Positions 12,030-25,290 of a DNA stretch of 64,000 nt are shown in pieces. The notes beneath the pieces were generated by a model, which worked only from the letters and a program-made list of their open reading frames with translations, was not told the origin of the DNA and searched no databases. A program made the position numbers and the translations under genes. Origin of the DNA: Octopus sinensis (Eukaryota); NCBI RefSeq assembly GCF_006345805.1, contig NC_042999.1:50220001-50284000 (forward strand), given 5' to 3'. The number at the start of each line of letters is the position of its first letter. The first letter of the stretch is position 1.

Positions 12030-13070
12030 TGAACAGATCACAGTTTCAAGCAATGAAAATGTTGACACCATATAACAAATGAACGTTCAAGTGAAGCAAA
12101 GAATCTTTCTAGGTCTCTGAATGCTGCAATCGCTCTAAGTAATATATGCACACACACACATATTTTGTTATGGTTGACCTGGACATGTGTGTGGACCCTC
12201 AGTGAAATTTTCATTGTTCTGGTAGAAAACTGGCAGCCACAGCAAAAATAAACCAAACATCGATGTATCGAATGCTAAAGGAGTATCTCAGGACCCACCC
12301 TTACAAGGTGATCCACCATCATGAGCTCATGCAAGTTTATAAGGCCATGAGACTGGAGAGAAGACAGACATCTTATCCTGCATCAGATTGTTGAAAGCAC
12401 GCAGCCCAACCTGAAGTTCACTGATGAAAAGAAATTTGACATCAAACAGATGCTAAACCACCAGAATGACAGAACGGCCGACTTTGTAGTGTATCTAGCT
12501 TCATCGAGAGTAGACTCATAATCAACGTCAAAATCCACAGTCAGTTATAGTTTGGGTGGCTGTGACAGCCACTGGAAGGTCTCCTCTTGTTTTTGTACCC
12601 TCGAGTGTAAAAATTAATACCCAGCGATACATTAGCGACATTCTGGAAGCTGAACAGCTTCCACGGGCGAACGATCGCTTTTAAGGTACACCTTGGAACC
12701 TCCAGCAGAACTTAGAATCCTCAGCTCCAAACAGACACAACCCTAGATTCAGAAAAAAACACATTTCATTGTTCATAAGCAAGGATGTATAACCCTTAAG
12801 AAGCCCTGATTTCAACCCATTGGACTTTTCTGTTTCATCCATTTTGAAGACGAAGCTCTTGAGCACTCCTCATGCTTTGCTTGATGCTCTGAAGGCAAAA
12901 CTGAGCCAGGAATGGGTTTCAATTTCACAAGAATAGCTGCATGCCATGTGTGAAGCGTTCACACTTAGACTTAAGGCTGTAATTCAAAACAGAGGTTGTC
13001 ATATCAAATAAATATGGTAGCATCATAATTTTGCATTGCAATACTCAGACCTAGAATATAACAATATTTT
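12030..13070 (+). mobile_element. maT (DD37D) Tc1/mariner-superfamily transposase relic
   Basis: Plus frames give FTDEKKFDIKQMLNHQNDR, QNPQSVIVWVAVTATGRSPLVFVPSSVKINTQRYI, LQQN, SPDFNPLDFS and RLKAVIQNRGCHIK*; stops and frameshifts; TIRs not resolved. Confidence 0.85.
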
Positions 13071-13073
13071 ACA

Positions 13074-13468
13074 AGGCATAGGAGTGGCTGTGTGGTAAGT
13101 AGCTTGCTTACCAAACACATGGTTCTGAGTTCAGTCCCACTGTGTGGAACCTTGGGCAAGTGTCTTCTACTATAGCCTTGGGCCGACCAAAGCCTTGTGA
13201 GTGGATTTGGTAGACAGAAACTGAAAGAAGCCCGTTGTATGTATATATATGTGTGTGTATATGTTTGTGTGTCTGTGTTTGTCCCCCCAGCATTGCTTGA
13301 CAACCGATGCTGGTGTGTTTATGTTCCCCATAACTTAGCGGTTTGGCAAAAGAGACCGATAGAATAAGTACTGGTCTTACAAAGAATAAGTCCTGGGGTC
13401 GATGTACTCGACTAAAGGCGGTGCTCCAGCATGGCCACAGTCAAATGACTGAAACAAGTAAAAGAGTA
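13074..13468 (+). mobile_element. SINE family A, full length
   Basis: Head to TAAAAGAGTA tail; sits at the 3' end of the maT relic. Confidence 0.92.
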
Positions 13469-13699
13469 TGGCAAAATTGAAAAAAGTTGGTTGCCTTAAT
13501 TTTAGGAAATCCTATACACATAGGAAGATTGAGAAGTGAGGAAACCAGAATGATGAAATAAGAGATGGTAAGTTATGAGTAACAGAAAGGAAAATGCTGG
13601 GCAAGAGCTGATGGGGGTTGACAGCGACATAAAATGAGGGTTAGCATACATAGGCTTGGCAAGATACAAAATAACTTAGTCTAACCATTATTTTCCTGT

Positions 13700-13960
13700 C
13701 AGACTATGTTCTGCTGTGGGGGATCAGGCCTTTTGCACACCATGTATCACCGAGTAGTATGTTGCTTTCTCATTTCTTCTGTGAGATCAGTCATCTTCTG
13801 TCAGATCTCACCTTCACCACATTATCCCAAGTCTTCCTCATTCTTTTTCTTCCATAGGTCCCCATAACTTGGAGCAATCAACACTTCCTTAAGCACTTAA
13901 GTACCACTATCTCTCATTTCTACACTACTTGTCATTCCACTTATACCTAACTCCACTGTA
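13700..13960 (-). mobile_element. Old RTE fragment
   Basis: Minus frame GTYGRKRMRKTWDNVVK is similar to GSRGRGRPRKTWDEVVK of the 8.9-kb RTE. Confidence 0.45.
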
Positions 13961-14817
13961 TCATATTGTAAATGTATGAAGAAAGACTTCATAATTTGAT
14001 TCTTAACGGGAGAGTATGACATATCTATTGTTGGAATAATATAAAAAAAGTGAATATCCCCATACATTTTAAATGGACATCTCTCTACTTCAACACATCC
14101 ATCTTAACATCAGCAAATATGATCATAGATCAAAGCCCCTGTCAAGCAAAACCAATGAAATAATTGAAATATTTATATATTTATTTAGCCTATCATTTTG
14201 TTCTATCTAATACTCCATATTCCCTATTTTCATCAAATATGGCATTAAAGGTTTACATTTCTTTTGAAATGTGTCTTTATTTCCAATCAACATGGATTAT
14301 GATAGAGAACAGAATATTCTTCAATGATTAATATATATCTGCCAATATATAAATATACCTTTATAACCCATATTCTGTCATAATTTTCTTACATTTTGGT
14401 ATCTCATATTTTAATTTTTCCCTTTGCTTCTAGTTTCTTCCACAATTTTATATTTTATACATATACCTAGCATAAATCTTCCTTTTAATAATACATGTAT
14501 TTACTTTCTCAGTCTTACTTTATCTCATGCTGTTTGTCCATTTCTATCAACTTCTTTTTTTATCTTAGCCTCAATGTTTATCAGTTTTTTTCTCTTCAAC
14601 ATTTTCTGCTACCTTCATTGATCATATAATTAATTACATTTTCATCCAGCTTAGAAATTTTACCTGGACTACACAAGTCTAACAAAAATTATACAACAGA
14701 GACAACGTTTGGGAAACAGGTTTTATGCTTGAAATGCAAATTTGTTTGATATAGGTCACAGTGATAATGTTCAGAATTTCTTGATAGTATACACAATGAT
14801 TTGATACTTGTTTGATG

Positions 14818-15162
14818 TAGGGTAAAGACCCCCTTCGGTCATGAATGACCATGGGATTGCACCTAGAAAGTTACCCTCCTAGACACAAGTCCGGGCAAGG
14901 TTGTTTTTATGGAAGACCAGCAGTCGCCCATGCATACCAGCCTCCCCTCTCCACACCACCAGTGTTATCCAAGGGAAAGACAAAGGTCGATACAGCTTGG
15001 CACCAGTGACATCGCAACTCATTTCTACAGCTGAGTGAACTGGAGCAACGTGAAATAAAGTGCCTTGCTCAAGAACACAACACGCAGCCCGGTCCAGGAT
15101 CCGAGCTCACAACCTCACGATCGTAAGCTCGAAGCTCTAACCACTGAGCCATGCGCTTTCAC
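14818..15162 (-). mobile_element. tRNA-derived SINE family D (CORE-like middle, distinct tail)
   Basis: Minus strand: tRNA head, TGTGTTCTTGAGCAAGGCAC...CTCAGCTGTAGAAATGAGT, tail containing a GGTCATTCATGACC mini-hairpin; tail recurs at 48138-48310. Confidence 0.8.
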
Positions 15163-15420
15163 TCTACATCAAAAAGACACACACACGACAGGCTTCCACA
15201 CACTTTCCCTCAACCAAATTCACAGGCCGAGAGTACAAGTCTTTTTGATGTAGAGTTATAGGATAAGATCCCTCAACTTATTTGCAAATATCTATTCAGA
15301 CTTTACATGTGGAAAAGCATTAAGGCAGTGATCTGGTAGAATCATTTAAGGCGGCGAGTTGGCAGAAACGTTAGCATGCCAAGTGAAATGCTTAACTGTA
15401 TTTTGCCTATATTTTTGTTT

Positions 15421-15858
15421 AGGTATAGGAGTGGCTGTGAGGTAAAGTAGCTTGCTTACCAACCACATGGTTCCTGGTTCAGTCCCACTGCATGGCACCT
15501 TGGGCAAGTGTCTTCTACTATAGCCTTGGGCTGATCAAAGCCTTGTGAGTGGATTTAGTAGACCGAAACTGAAAGAAGCCTGTTGTATATATGTATATAT
15601 TTATATATACATATATGTGTGTGTGTGTGTTGTGTGTGTGTGTGTAGGTTTGTGTGTCTGTGTTTGTCCTCCCAACATTGCTTGACAACTGATACTGGTG
15701 TGTTTACCTCCCCGTAACTTAGCGGTTTGGCAAAAGAGACCAATGGAATAAGTAATAGGCTTACAAAGAATAAGTCCTGGGGTTGATTTGCTCAACTAAA
15801 GGTGGTGCTCCAACATGGCCACAGTCAAATGACTGAAACAAGTAAAAGAGTAAAAGAG
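15421..15858 (+). mobile_element. SINE family A, full length
   Basis: Colinear with the other family A copies. Confidence 0.92.
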
Positions 15859-16139
15859 AGGAAGAGTATGCCAGGTAAAATACTTAGCAGTATTTCATCT
15901 GTCTTTACATTCTAAGTTCAAATTTCACGGGAGTCAACTTTGCCTGTCATCCTTTTGGGGGGCCAATTCAAATAAGTATCAGTTGAAAACTGGAGTCAAT
16001 GTAATCAACTCATCCCCTCTCCTGACTTAGCCCCTTGTGCCAAAATTTGAAACCATTATATGGAATAGCATTGCATATGACTCCCAGTGATATGAGATGC
16101 CATGACTCCTCTTGAACCAAATAACAAGAATCACATTAA

Positions 16140-16770
16140 CAACAATATGCGAGACCTAGCGCAAGTGAGACTAGCGCAAGCAAGACCATAAACACGTGGC
16201 CTATGCCAGGGTTGTAACCAGTCCACTAATGTATGTCTTTCCTTCATTGGGCACTAAACTCTGCTTGTGAAGACCTGTTGAGGCAATCGAAATCGAAGTC
16301 AAATTCGATGACTGGCATCCGTGCTAGTGGAGCGCTAAGAGTACCATACAAGTGAGATCGTTGCCAGAGCAACAAGCTGGCCTCCGTGCCAATGGCCCGT
16401 TAAAAACACCATTCGAGCATGATCGTTACCTGTGTTGCCTCACTGTTACTTGTGCTGGTGGCACGTGAAAAAACATTCGAGCGAGGTTCTTGCCAGTGCC
16501 ACTGGACTGGCTCCTGTGCAGGTGGCACATAAAAAGCACCATTTGAGTGTGGCCGTTGCCAGTACTGCCTGACTGGCCCTCGTGCCAGTGGCACGTAAAA
16601 GCACCCACTACACTCTCGGAGTGGTTGGCATTAGGAAGGGCATCAAGCTGTAGAAACTCTGCCAGATCAAGATTGGAGCCTGGTTCAGCCACCTGGTTTG
16701 CCAGTCCTCAGTCAAATCGTCCAACCCATGCTAGCATGAAAAACGGATGTTAAACAATGATGATGATGAC
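16140..16770 (+). mobile_element. RTE 3' UTR copy
   Basis: Homologous to 9300-10021 including the GGAAGGGCATC block and (GAT)n tail. Confidence 0.85.
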
Positions 16771-17587
16771 TGAACTAACATCATGTTATCATATTGCCAA
16801 CGATAAGAATCATATACCACCAAATTCTATTTAGTCAGTTTAAATCCTATGGTTGTTTCCCCAGCCTTTTAGCCAAATTATTCATTAAGATACCACTCAT
16901 TTCTCTTCACTATAGGTGTAATTTTAATCAATCAAATTACTAATTTAGTTAATTACATTTTCATTAGTTTAATTAATTATATTACTTTTATTTATTAGGC
17001 TAATTCCCACTTTACCTGTTACAAACAGCTCACGTATTTTCACTTCTGAATAATAGTGAAAAGTACCAGCTGCGCAATTTTATGGGAAAATAATACTTGT
17101 AAGAATACTGCATACTTAAAATTCACTACACTGCTGAAACTAGTAAACTGTCATCTACTAAATGAAGTGTAAAGCACAGCATTGTTCACATCGTAAATAC
17201 ATACCATTTCAAATAAAGGTTCTAGTGTTTGGAAAAGTGTAACCAAATTTTATGACTCATAGATGGACTAGTTAGGAGCTGTTAAAGTCATGAATAAATG
17301 CTGCAGCAGGAAAAATGCAAAGTGATAAAAAGATATTTATTGCTTTCGGAACAGGAGTATATCAGATTTAAAATGAAAACAGAGAAAACATACAAGCATT
17401 GAAAAGAAGCTCTTGAGGGAATGCATATTCATAGGAAAGCAGTAAGAAAACATCCTTGTTATTTTCAGTCGTTGGTCAGACTTAACTGAATAAACATTCT
17501 ACTTGTAGTTATTCTGTTTTTGGTATTTTTTTTTTATGATACATTAGAACCACATTAGAGTAGCGAGCTGGTAGAATCATTTGCATG

Positions 17588-18146
17588 TTGGAGCAGGAGT
17601 GGCTGTGTGGTAAGTAGCTTGCTTACCAACCACATGGTTCTGGGTTCAGTCCCACTGTGTGGCACCTTGGGTAAGTAAGTGTCTTCTACTATAGCCTCGG
17701 GCTGACTAAAGCCTTGCGAGTGGATTTGGTCGACGGAAACTGAAAAGAAGCCCATTGTATATATGTATATTTGTGTGTCAGTGTTTACATCCCCCCTCCC
17801 CAACATCGCTTGACAACCAATGCTGGTGTGTTTACTTCCCTGTAACTTAATGGTTCGGCAAAAGATACCGATAGAATAAGTACTAGGCTTACAAAGAATA
17901 AGTCCCAGGGTCAATGATGATGTTAATCAAAAGTTGTATGTTAAGAGATAAAAAAATTTTAATGTTTATGATATACACACAAGCAAAACAAAAATCAGAA
18001 AAATTCTTTTAAAGACTGAAAGAGACTGATAGAATAAGTACTAGGCTTACAAAGAATAAGTCCTGGGGTCGATTTCTTCGACTAAAGGCAGTGCTCCAGC
18101 ATGGCCACAGTCAAATGACTGAAACAAGTAAAAGAGTAAAAGAGTA
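17588..18146 (+). mobile_element. SINE family A with internal interruption and ~50-bp direct duplication
   Basis: GATAGAATAAGTACTAGGCTTACAAAGAATAAGTCC occurs at ~17870 and ~18028 around an AT-rich insert. Confidence 0.8.
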
Positions 18147-18519
18147 TGTTGGGCAAAATGCTTAGCAACACTTTGTTCATCTTTACATACTGAGTTCCTA
18201 TTCTGCCAAGGTCAGGAGCGATGAAATGAGTACCAGTTGAGCACTGGGGTTGATATTATCAACATACCCCCTCCTCCAAAATTGCTGGCCTTGTGCCAAA
18301 AATTTGAGAAAGGCAGAATTATTAGCACACCGGAAAAATGCTTAGCAGCATTTCATCCATCTTTTAGTTTCTGAGTTCAAATTCTACTGAGGTCAACATT
18401 GCCTTTCATCCTTCCAGGGTTGATAAAATACGTACTAGTTGAGAACTGGGAATCAGTGTAATCAATTTATCCCCTCCCCACAAGCTTTCTGGCCCCTTAA
18501 ATAGTAGGATTTACTTTAA

Positions 18520-18735
18520 CCCTTTCAATATCAACCCGGCTCAAGCCGCCTCTGTAGTACAAATGTCTTGTTTTCATAAGTTTTGAATTAAAATCTTCCA
18601 CCAAACCTTTGTCACAATTTATGTTCCTAGCACTAGCTTAGTTTTTGCAAAGCTATTTTACTAAATTCTTTGTTATATTTAGAATTAATTGAAAGAAACA
18701 CAGAGCATCTCAAACTAAATATGGTAACGAAAGGG
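18520..18735. mobile_element. piggyBac-type MITE (family P1)
   Basis: TTAA-CCCTTTC...GTAACGAAAGGG-TTAA: TIRs with TTAA duplication. Confidence 0.85.
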
Positions 18736-19508
18736 TTAAAGGTATTTGGCTATTATTTCTCACAGGCTGATTAACCATATACAGGTTCTTTTTTTGGTTC
18801 AGTTTAAAGAGAAAGTTTTATCTATATATCCTAATATTATCCAGTATATCCTTATGTTTATTTTTAAGTTCATAGATTGTAATTTGACTACCTGCCACAG
18901 GTATGTCAATTTTACAAAGGTAGACTACATCCCTGCCGTGGCATAAGAGGTAAGTAAACAGGTGGTGACAGTAAAGGAATCTGGACTGAAAGGATTGCTT
19001 CAAAGAAATATCAAACCTATGCCAATATGGAAAAGCAGACATAAAAACAATAAGATGATGATGATGATGACAATGATGATGACTAAATGTAATTCCCTCA
19101 TTGACTCAGTCAGAATACGTTTCTGTCTGTATACATCATAATGTATCAGTTAAAGCAAAAGTTTACCAGCCCATTTACTTAGGTCAGAGTGTAATCCATG
19201 AATGACAAAATCTAATAAGGCAGAAACATATTCAGTGTTGTCTCCCAGACTTGCAAAAGTGGTTAAATAATATTAATCATTGAGCTAATCTAACAATTCC
19301 ACTACACCATTGCCCTGGATTGTTACTTTTTATTAACCCCAAAAGTGACCTCACTAGTGCTGGTGCTATGTTAAAAGCATCCAGTTCACAATGTAAAGTG
19401 GTTGGCATTTGGAAGGGCATCCAGCCATAAAAAACCATGCTAAAGCAGTGTGTATAAGTGTGTATGTGCATATGTTTGTATGCATGTATATATGTATGTA
19501 AGCATGTG

Positions 19509-19568
<60 letters not shown>

Positions 19569-19929
19569 CGCATGCTCACATATCTATATTATTTTCCAGT
19601 ATTATTTGTAATACAACACAGCTTTCTCGCAACACAAACACACTCATATGTATATACAGCACACATACACACACCACTCACACCACACACACACACACAC
19701 ACACACCACACACACACACACACACAGAGGCATAAGCTTCATAAACTCAGTAACATCATCACTGATAACAACTACTGCAGCTGAACAAAGTGAAAGCAAA
19801 CCTGCACTTGTACAGATATGAAAATTCTAGTGAAGCTCTAATTGAATTATTCATATATGGTTTGGGACGATCGCAAATTTTCTGAACTTCTATGAACTAA
19901 AGAATAATGATCAACCTGTTCCTGAAACA

Positions 19930-20230
19930 GCTAATATTAAATGTAAACACTTACAAAATCTGAGAGGTTTCTAGTTGCAACAGAATACATTGATAAAAGC
20001 ACAGATTTTTCATTCAACTTCAGTTCGTTTTCCAACTGTATCACATGCATGCTCTGAAAGGGTGCCATTCTATTTTGCCAATAATCTTTTCTTGCCAGCT
20101 CAACTTTGTTAGAAATTGAAAGGAAATCAATAATAGAGTGTAAGAGCTATGCAAATATTAGCTCTAGGCTGGTTAACCGAGTCTGACCCTCGAGGTTAAA
20201 TGCTTGAGAAAACTATTGTTCCACTGAATG
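19930..20230 (-). mobile_element. Old CR1-type RT fragment
   Basis: Minus frames contain FSQAFN (cf. DFSKAFD), DSVN (cf. DSVNH at 39.4 kb), LLHSIIDFLS (cf. LLxWIxDFLS) and LKLN. Confidence 0.45.
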
Positions 20231-20581
20231 TGAATACTATCACAGCTACATATTTTAAAATCATTACATAAAAACAAGCAATAAAATTCCTATTAGCTTC
20301 AACAATGAACACTAAAAGAAGACAAAGGATTATAAAAGTAAGAGAGCTTGAAACAAAAACATTATTTTAATGCCATTTTCAATATGTCTTTCTTATTATC
20401 ACCATTGATACGAGAGGAATGAATAAAGCATTAAGCTAATTTCAGTAATGAACGAATATTCTGTTTCTTTTATTAATTTACTTGAAAATAAACAAAAAAA
20501 AATTTGTTCTTCTGAACATGACACCTTGTGGTAACTTTATTTAAAGTTTGTTATTATGCTTACACATTGACTCCTTAAAAC

Positions 20582-20990
20582 TTCATCATCATCATTTAAC
20601 GTCTGCTTTCCATGCTAGCATGATGGCTGCACCTGACTCCAATCTAATCTGGCAGAGTTTCTACAGCTGGATGCCCTTCCTAATACCAACCACTCCGAGA
20701 GTGCAGCGGGTGCTTTTATGTGCCACTGGCACGAGGGCCAGTCAGGCAGTACTGGCAACGGCCACACTCAAATGGTGCTTTTTATGTGCCACCTGCACAG
20801 GAGCCAGTCCAGCGGCACTGGCAACGACCTCGCTCAAATGTTTTTTCACGTGCCACCAGCACAATTGGCAGTAAGGCGACATAGGTAATGATTACACTCG
20901 GATCATGCTTTTTCCGTGCCATCGGCATGGAGGTCAGCTTGTTGCTCTGGCAACAATCACGCTTGTATGGCACTCTTAGCGTTGATGCTA
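20582..20990 (-). mobile_element. RTE 3' UTR copy
   Basis: (CAT)n-TTTAACGTC tail and GGATGCCCTTCC block in reverse orientation. Confidence 0.85.
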
Positions 20991-21318
20991 CATTCAGAGT
21001 AAGCTATGCATTTTCATGACTTTTTAAAGCTTGTTTAATGTTATTTTACAATTATTGCTAAATCTAGTAGCCTCAAGAGTTACAGTAAGGTATCTTGGAT
21101 TTTCATTGATTTATAAAACTTGTTTAAAAGCTTCAGTGAACCCTGTGGCGACCTGACTCAGAGTATAGAATCATGCATTCTTATTGACTCCTTACAATTT
21201 GTTTAATGCTTTTATAATTGATTTAATGCTTTTATAATTGATTTAATGCTATTATAATTGATATACCCTCCAGCCTTCTTCAGGTCTTTTGGGAACCCAG
21301 GTTCGAAATTTCCCCAAG

Positions 21319-21362
21319 ACACCTGAAGAAGGCTAGAGGGTATGTCAGTTGAAACGTTGTGT
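21319..21362 (+). ncRNA. Minimal type I hammerhead ribozyme motif in a Penelope-like repeat
   Basis: ACAC-CUGAAGA-A-GGCU[loop]AGUU-GAAA-C-GUU-GUGU: core boxes, palindromic ACGU helix III and helix I ACAC/GUGU; helix II has G-U instead of G-C pairs. Confidence 0.7.
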
Positions 21363-22289
21363 TAACAACAAACAAGATGAAGACAAATATCCATCGAATG
21401 TAAATAATGTAAAAAATTTTTTTTGTTACTTATTTTTTTGTCACTATATTTAGTTAGTATGCAGTTAACTATAACTTTCTTATATAGTTAACTGTTTAGT
21501 CCCTGGGTAATTTTCCACGCAATCCCAGTTGAAACGTCTGTGCACCCTTTCATCTTTATAACTCTTTACAGTCCACTCTTCTGCCTTTTGTGTTTCATTC
21601 TGAGTACCATGCATATAATTTTGGTTTTCATTGCTGTCTTCTGAACTTGACCTATTGCTGCCTTCTGTTACATCTTTTTACCTTTTTTCTATGTGTTGCA
21701 GGGAACAGAAGCACTGTATACAAAAAGCCTTTTCTTACTAAGTTTTTAATAGTTTAATAGATGTCAGAAAAAGTTTTATGAATTAGACTATAGTTGTTAC
21801 CATGTGCCATTCACAGAACAGTATTTTAACTAACTGAGTGCCATCTATCGATATCGTACACACCACACATCTGTAATTGATTGTGGTCCATTCTCTGACA
21901 AATCAGTAAATATAAAATGTAACCTTATCATGAATTTGATATTTTACCTAATGTGATACCAACGTCATACAATCATGTAGCCACTAGCGGTTGTCTAGAA
22001 ACAGCAGTTAAATTTTCTTCAAGCCACATCCTGCTAGCTTACAAAAGAATACATAGTGCCTTTTTGCAGTTCGGCAAAAATAATGGAATAAGTATCTAAT
22101 TTCAGTTAAGTACAGGGTCCAGTTTAACTGAATAATCTTTCAAGGAAGAGACCCAGCAGGGACTTACACCAATAATGGAAACCAGTAAAAGAATAAAAAA
22201 AAATAAATAACAAACTTCTATGGACCATTCAACCTTCTAAAAACAACAGCTAAATGTCTTTCAAATCACACCCTACCATCTTAAAACAT

Positions 22290-22490
22290 GCAGGATATTT
22301 TCAACAATGAATTTCTGCAGGTACAGAAGACAAGATGACCACAGTTGAGATGTTTTAATCGTAAAGGGCTTCTGTCAGTCAATAATGACCCAGCATCTGC
22401 ACACATATGTGCAGACCTGGGCAAAGTTTTTAGAGAATGACTAGCAGTTTCCCATGCTTGCAAGTTTCTTACCAGTATACCATCAATATT
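22290..22490 (+). mobile_element. Old CR1-type RT fragment
   Basis: Plus frame ...HICADLGKVFRE*LAVSHACKFL resembles IYLDLAKAFDxVSHxxLL. Confidence 0.35.
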
Positions 22491-22964
22491 TATCCAAGGA
22501 AAAGCCTGCTGATGTGGGCCAGTGCAGCTCGGCACCAGTGTTGTCATAGATATCAGTTTCAAATTTTGGCACAAGGCAAGCAGTTTTAGGGATGGGGCTA
22601 AGTGAATTACATCAACCCCAGTACTCAACTGGTACTCATTTTATCGACCCTGAAAGGATGAAATGCAAAGTCAACCTCGGTGGAATTTGAACACGGAACA
22701 AAAAGTCACAAGAAATGCCACTAAGCTTTCTTTCCGGCATGGTAATGACTCTGCCAGTTCTCTGCTTTAGTGTTGTCAGATATATTGCTATCAGAACACA
22801 AAGGGATGGAACAGATGCCACAAAGAATCTTGTTTGATACTCTATCAGTTCTGCCAACTCACTGCCACTATTAGTTAATTCTTTTAATACCCTGAAAGAA
22901 TGAAACAAATTTGACCTCAGTATGATATGAATTCAGAGTTGCATAAAGTCAAAATAAATACCTA

Positions 22965-23150
22965 TTTCTTAAGTACCCACAAGGGGATAAACACAGAAGG
23001 GACAAACATGGACAGACAAACGTATTAAGTCGATTATATCGACCCCAGTGCATAACTGGTACTTATTTAATCGACCCCGAAAGGAAGAAAGGCAAAGTCG
23101 ACCTCAGCAAAATTTGAACGCAGAACGTAGCGGCAGACAAAATACCGCAG
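22965..23150 (-). mobile_element. SINE family B
   Basis: Reverse complement of the family B body and tail. Confidence 0.85.
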
Positions 23151-24606
23151 ACGAAGCTTACCATCCAACTTTGCCAATTTGCGACCTGTCATCATAGGGT
23201 CTGTTTAGTCAAAGTTGGCATGGAGCTAAACAGAACAACAACACTAACAACTTATAAAAAAAAGGAACTAAAATCATCATTAACACGGGTAGGACAGGAT
23301 TTGTTGAGGTAGAATTTCTACTGCCAGATGCCCTTCTTCTCATCAACTCTCGGCCATTTCCAAGCAAATCAATATTTTCCCATGGCCAGACATGTTTTCA
23401 TGGAAGATTGGAAACAAAAAAACTGCTTGTATAACAATGAAACTTACTGTCATAGCAAGGAGATGGTAACCCCCTTCATATATATGTGAGTGTGTGTATG
23501 TGTATGTGTGTGCGAGTGAGTGTATACAATGAGCTTCTTTCAGTTTCCTTCTTCCAAATCCACTCACAAGGCTTTGGTTATCATGGCGCTACAATAGAGG
23601 ACACTTGCCCAAGGCACCACACACAAATACTGAATACAAAACCACATGGTCATGAAGTAAACTTCTTACCACACAGTTATACCCATGCCTATAGACAATA
23701 ACATAAATAATTAATACCATGCCTGTTTCTTGAATATTTCACAATAATACAATATGAATTCCAGGAATTATCATGATAAATTTCATTGCATAAGAAACTC
23801 TTAAGCACTAAGATAAACTTAACTGCTAATTCTCTGGACACTTCAAATGAGCTACTTATTCTGAGCAAATTTAATACCACAGAAACTTCCAGAATGCTTC
23901 ATCATCAATACTTCTAATCATAAACATCAACATCAACATCATCATCATCATCAGCAGCAGCAGTTTTAACATCTACTTTTCCATGGTTACATAGGTCAGA
24001 CAGAATTTACTGAAGCAGATTTCCATTACGGGATGCTCTTCCTGTCACCTACCTTCACCTATTTCCAAGTAAGGTGATATTTTCTCCTGGTCCAGACATG
24101 TTTTCATAGGTGACTGCACACAAATACCATCATTTGTATGATGGTGATATGTGATGTCAAGATGAAGGCAGCAAGCTAGCAGAATCATTAACATGCTGGG
24201 CCAAAATGTTTCGCAGCATCTTGACCATCCTTACGTTCTGAATTCAAATTCTGCAAAGTTCGACTTTGCCTTTCATCCTTTTGGGGCTGATGAAATAGAT
24301 ACTAGTTGAGTACTGGGGTCAATGCAACCGAGTTACACCCTCCTCGAAATTGCAGGCCTTGTGCCAGAATTTGAAATCAATATGTGATGTCAAGACAAGC
24401 AGGCAGAAATACACACACATATATGCACATACATACATACTTACACAGACACACACACACATACATATATGTTTGTGCATATGAACATACATACATATGT
24501 ATGCATGTATGTATGTATGAAAGGTTTCTTTTCAGTTTCCACCTTCCAAATTCACTCTCTAGGATCTGCTAGGCCCTGTATTTTAGTATTTCGGAAACAG
24601 ACGCCC

Positions 24607-24838
24607 ATGGCGAGTTGGCATAATCGTTAGCACATCGAGCAAAATGCTTATCAGTATTTTGTCTGCCGTTAGGTTCTAAGTTCAAATTCCACCGAGGTCG
24701 ACTTTGCCTTTCATCCTTTCGGGGTCAATAAATTAAGTACCAGTTACGCTCTGAGGTCAATGTGATAGACTTAATCCATTTGTCCGTCCTTGTTTGTCCC
24801 CTCTGTGTGTAGCCCCTTGTGGGCAGTAAAGAAATAAG
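24607..24838 (+). mobile_element. SINE family B (tRNA head plus conserved central domain), full length
   Basis: GGCGAGTTGGCA head, GTTCAAATTCC B-box, GAGGTCGACTTTGCCTTTCATCCTTTCGGGGTC domain (resembles the Meta/Sauria-type domain, from memory); ~14-bp TSD GAAACAGACRCCCA. Confidence 0.9.
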
Positions 24839-24959
24839 AAACAGACACCCACCAAAAGTGCCATGTAGTGGGACTGAAACTGAAACCATATGGTTGGCAA
24901 GTAAACACATTAATTACACAACTATGCATGCTCCTATAACCTAAAAGAAATATTGAAAT

Positions 24960-25290
24960 ACTCTTTTACTCTTTTACTTGTTTCAGTCACTTGTGTGTGG
25001 CCATGCTGGAGTACCACCTTTAGTCAAGCAAATCTACTCCAGGACTTATACTTTGTAAGCCTAGTACTTACTCTATCGGTCTCTTTTGCCGAACCGCTAA
25101 GTTACGGGAATGTAAACACATCAGCATCAGTTGTCAAGTGATGTTGGAGGGGGGGGGCAAACACAAACACACAAACATATACACACACATAGCCCGAGGC
25201 TATAGCAGAAAACACTTGCCCAAGGTGCCACACAGTGGGACTGAACCCAGAACCATGTGGTTCACATGCAAGCTACTTACCACACAGCCA
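24960..25290 (-). mobile_element. SINE family A with internal deletion
   Basis: Tail and head present; middle missing. Confidence 0.85.

Noticed and set aside
17205-17300. Minus-strand segment with strong acceptor (TTTTTCCTGCTGCAG) and donor (ATG|GTATGT)
   Set aside because: All three frames contain stops; it could only be a non-coding exon and nothing else supports that.
19955-20146. 192-nt minus-strand exon candidate with a GTAAGT donor (LLHSIIDFLS...RNLSDF)
   Set aside because: Sequence and upstream context resemble a decayed CR1 RT (FSQAFN, DSVN, LLxxIIDFLS).
21500-21680. 60-codon minus-strand open frame KDVTEGSNRSSSEDSNENQ...
   Set aside because: Preceded by an in-frame TAA, no pyrimidine-rich acceptor, and the T-poor strand stays open easily by chance.
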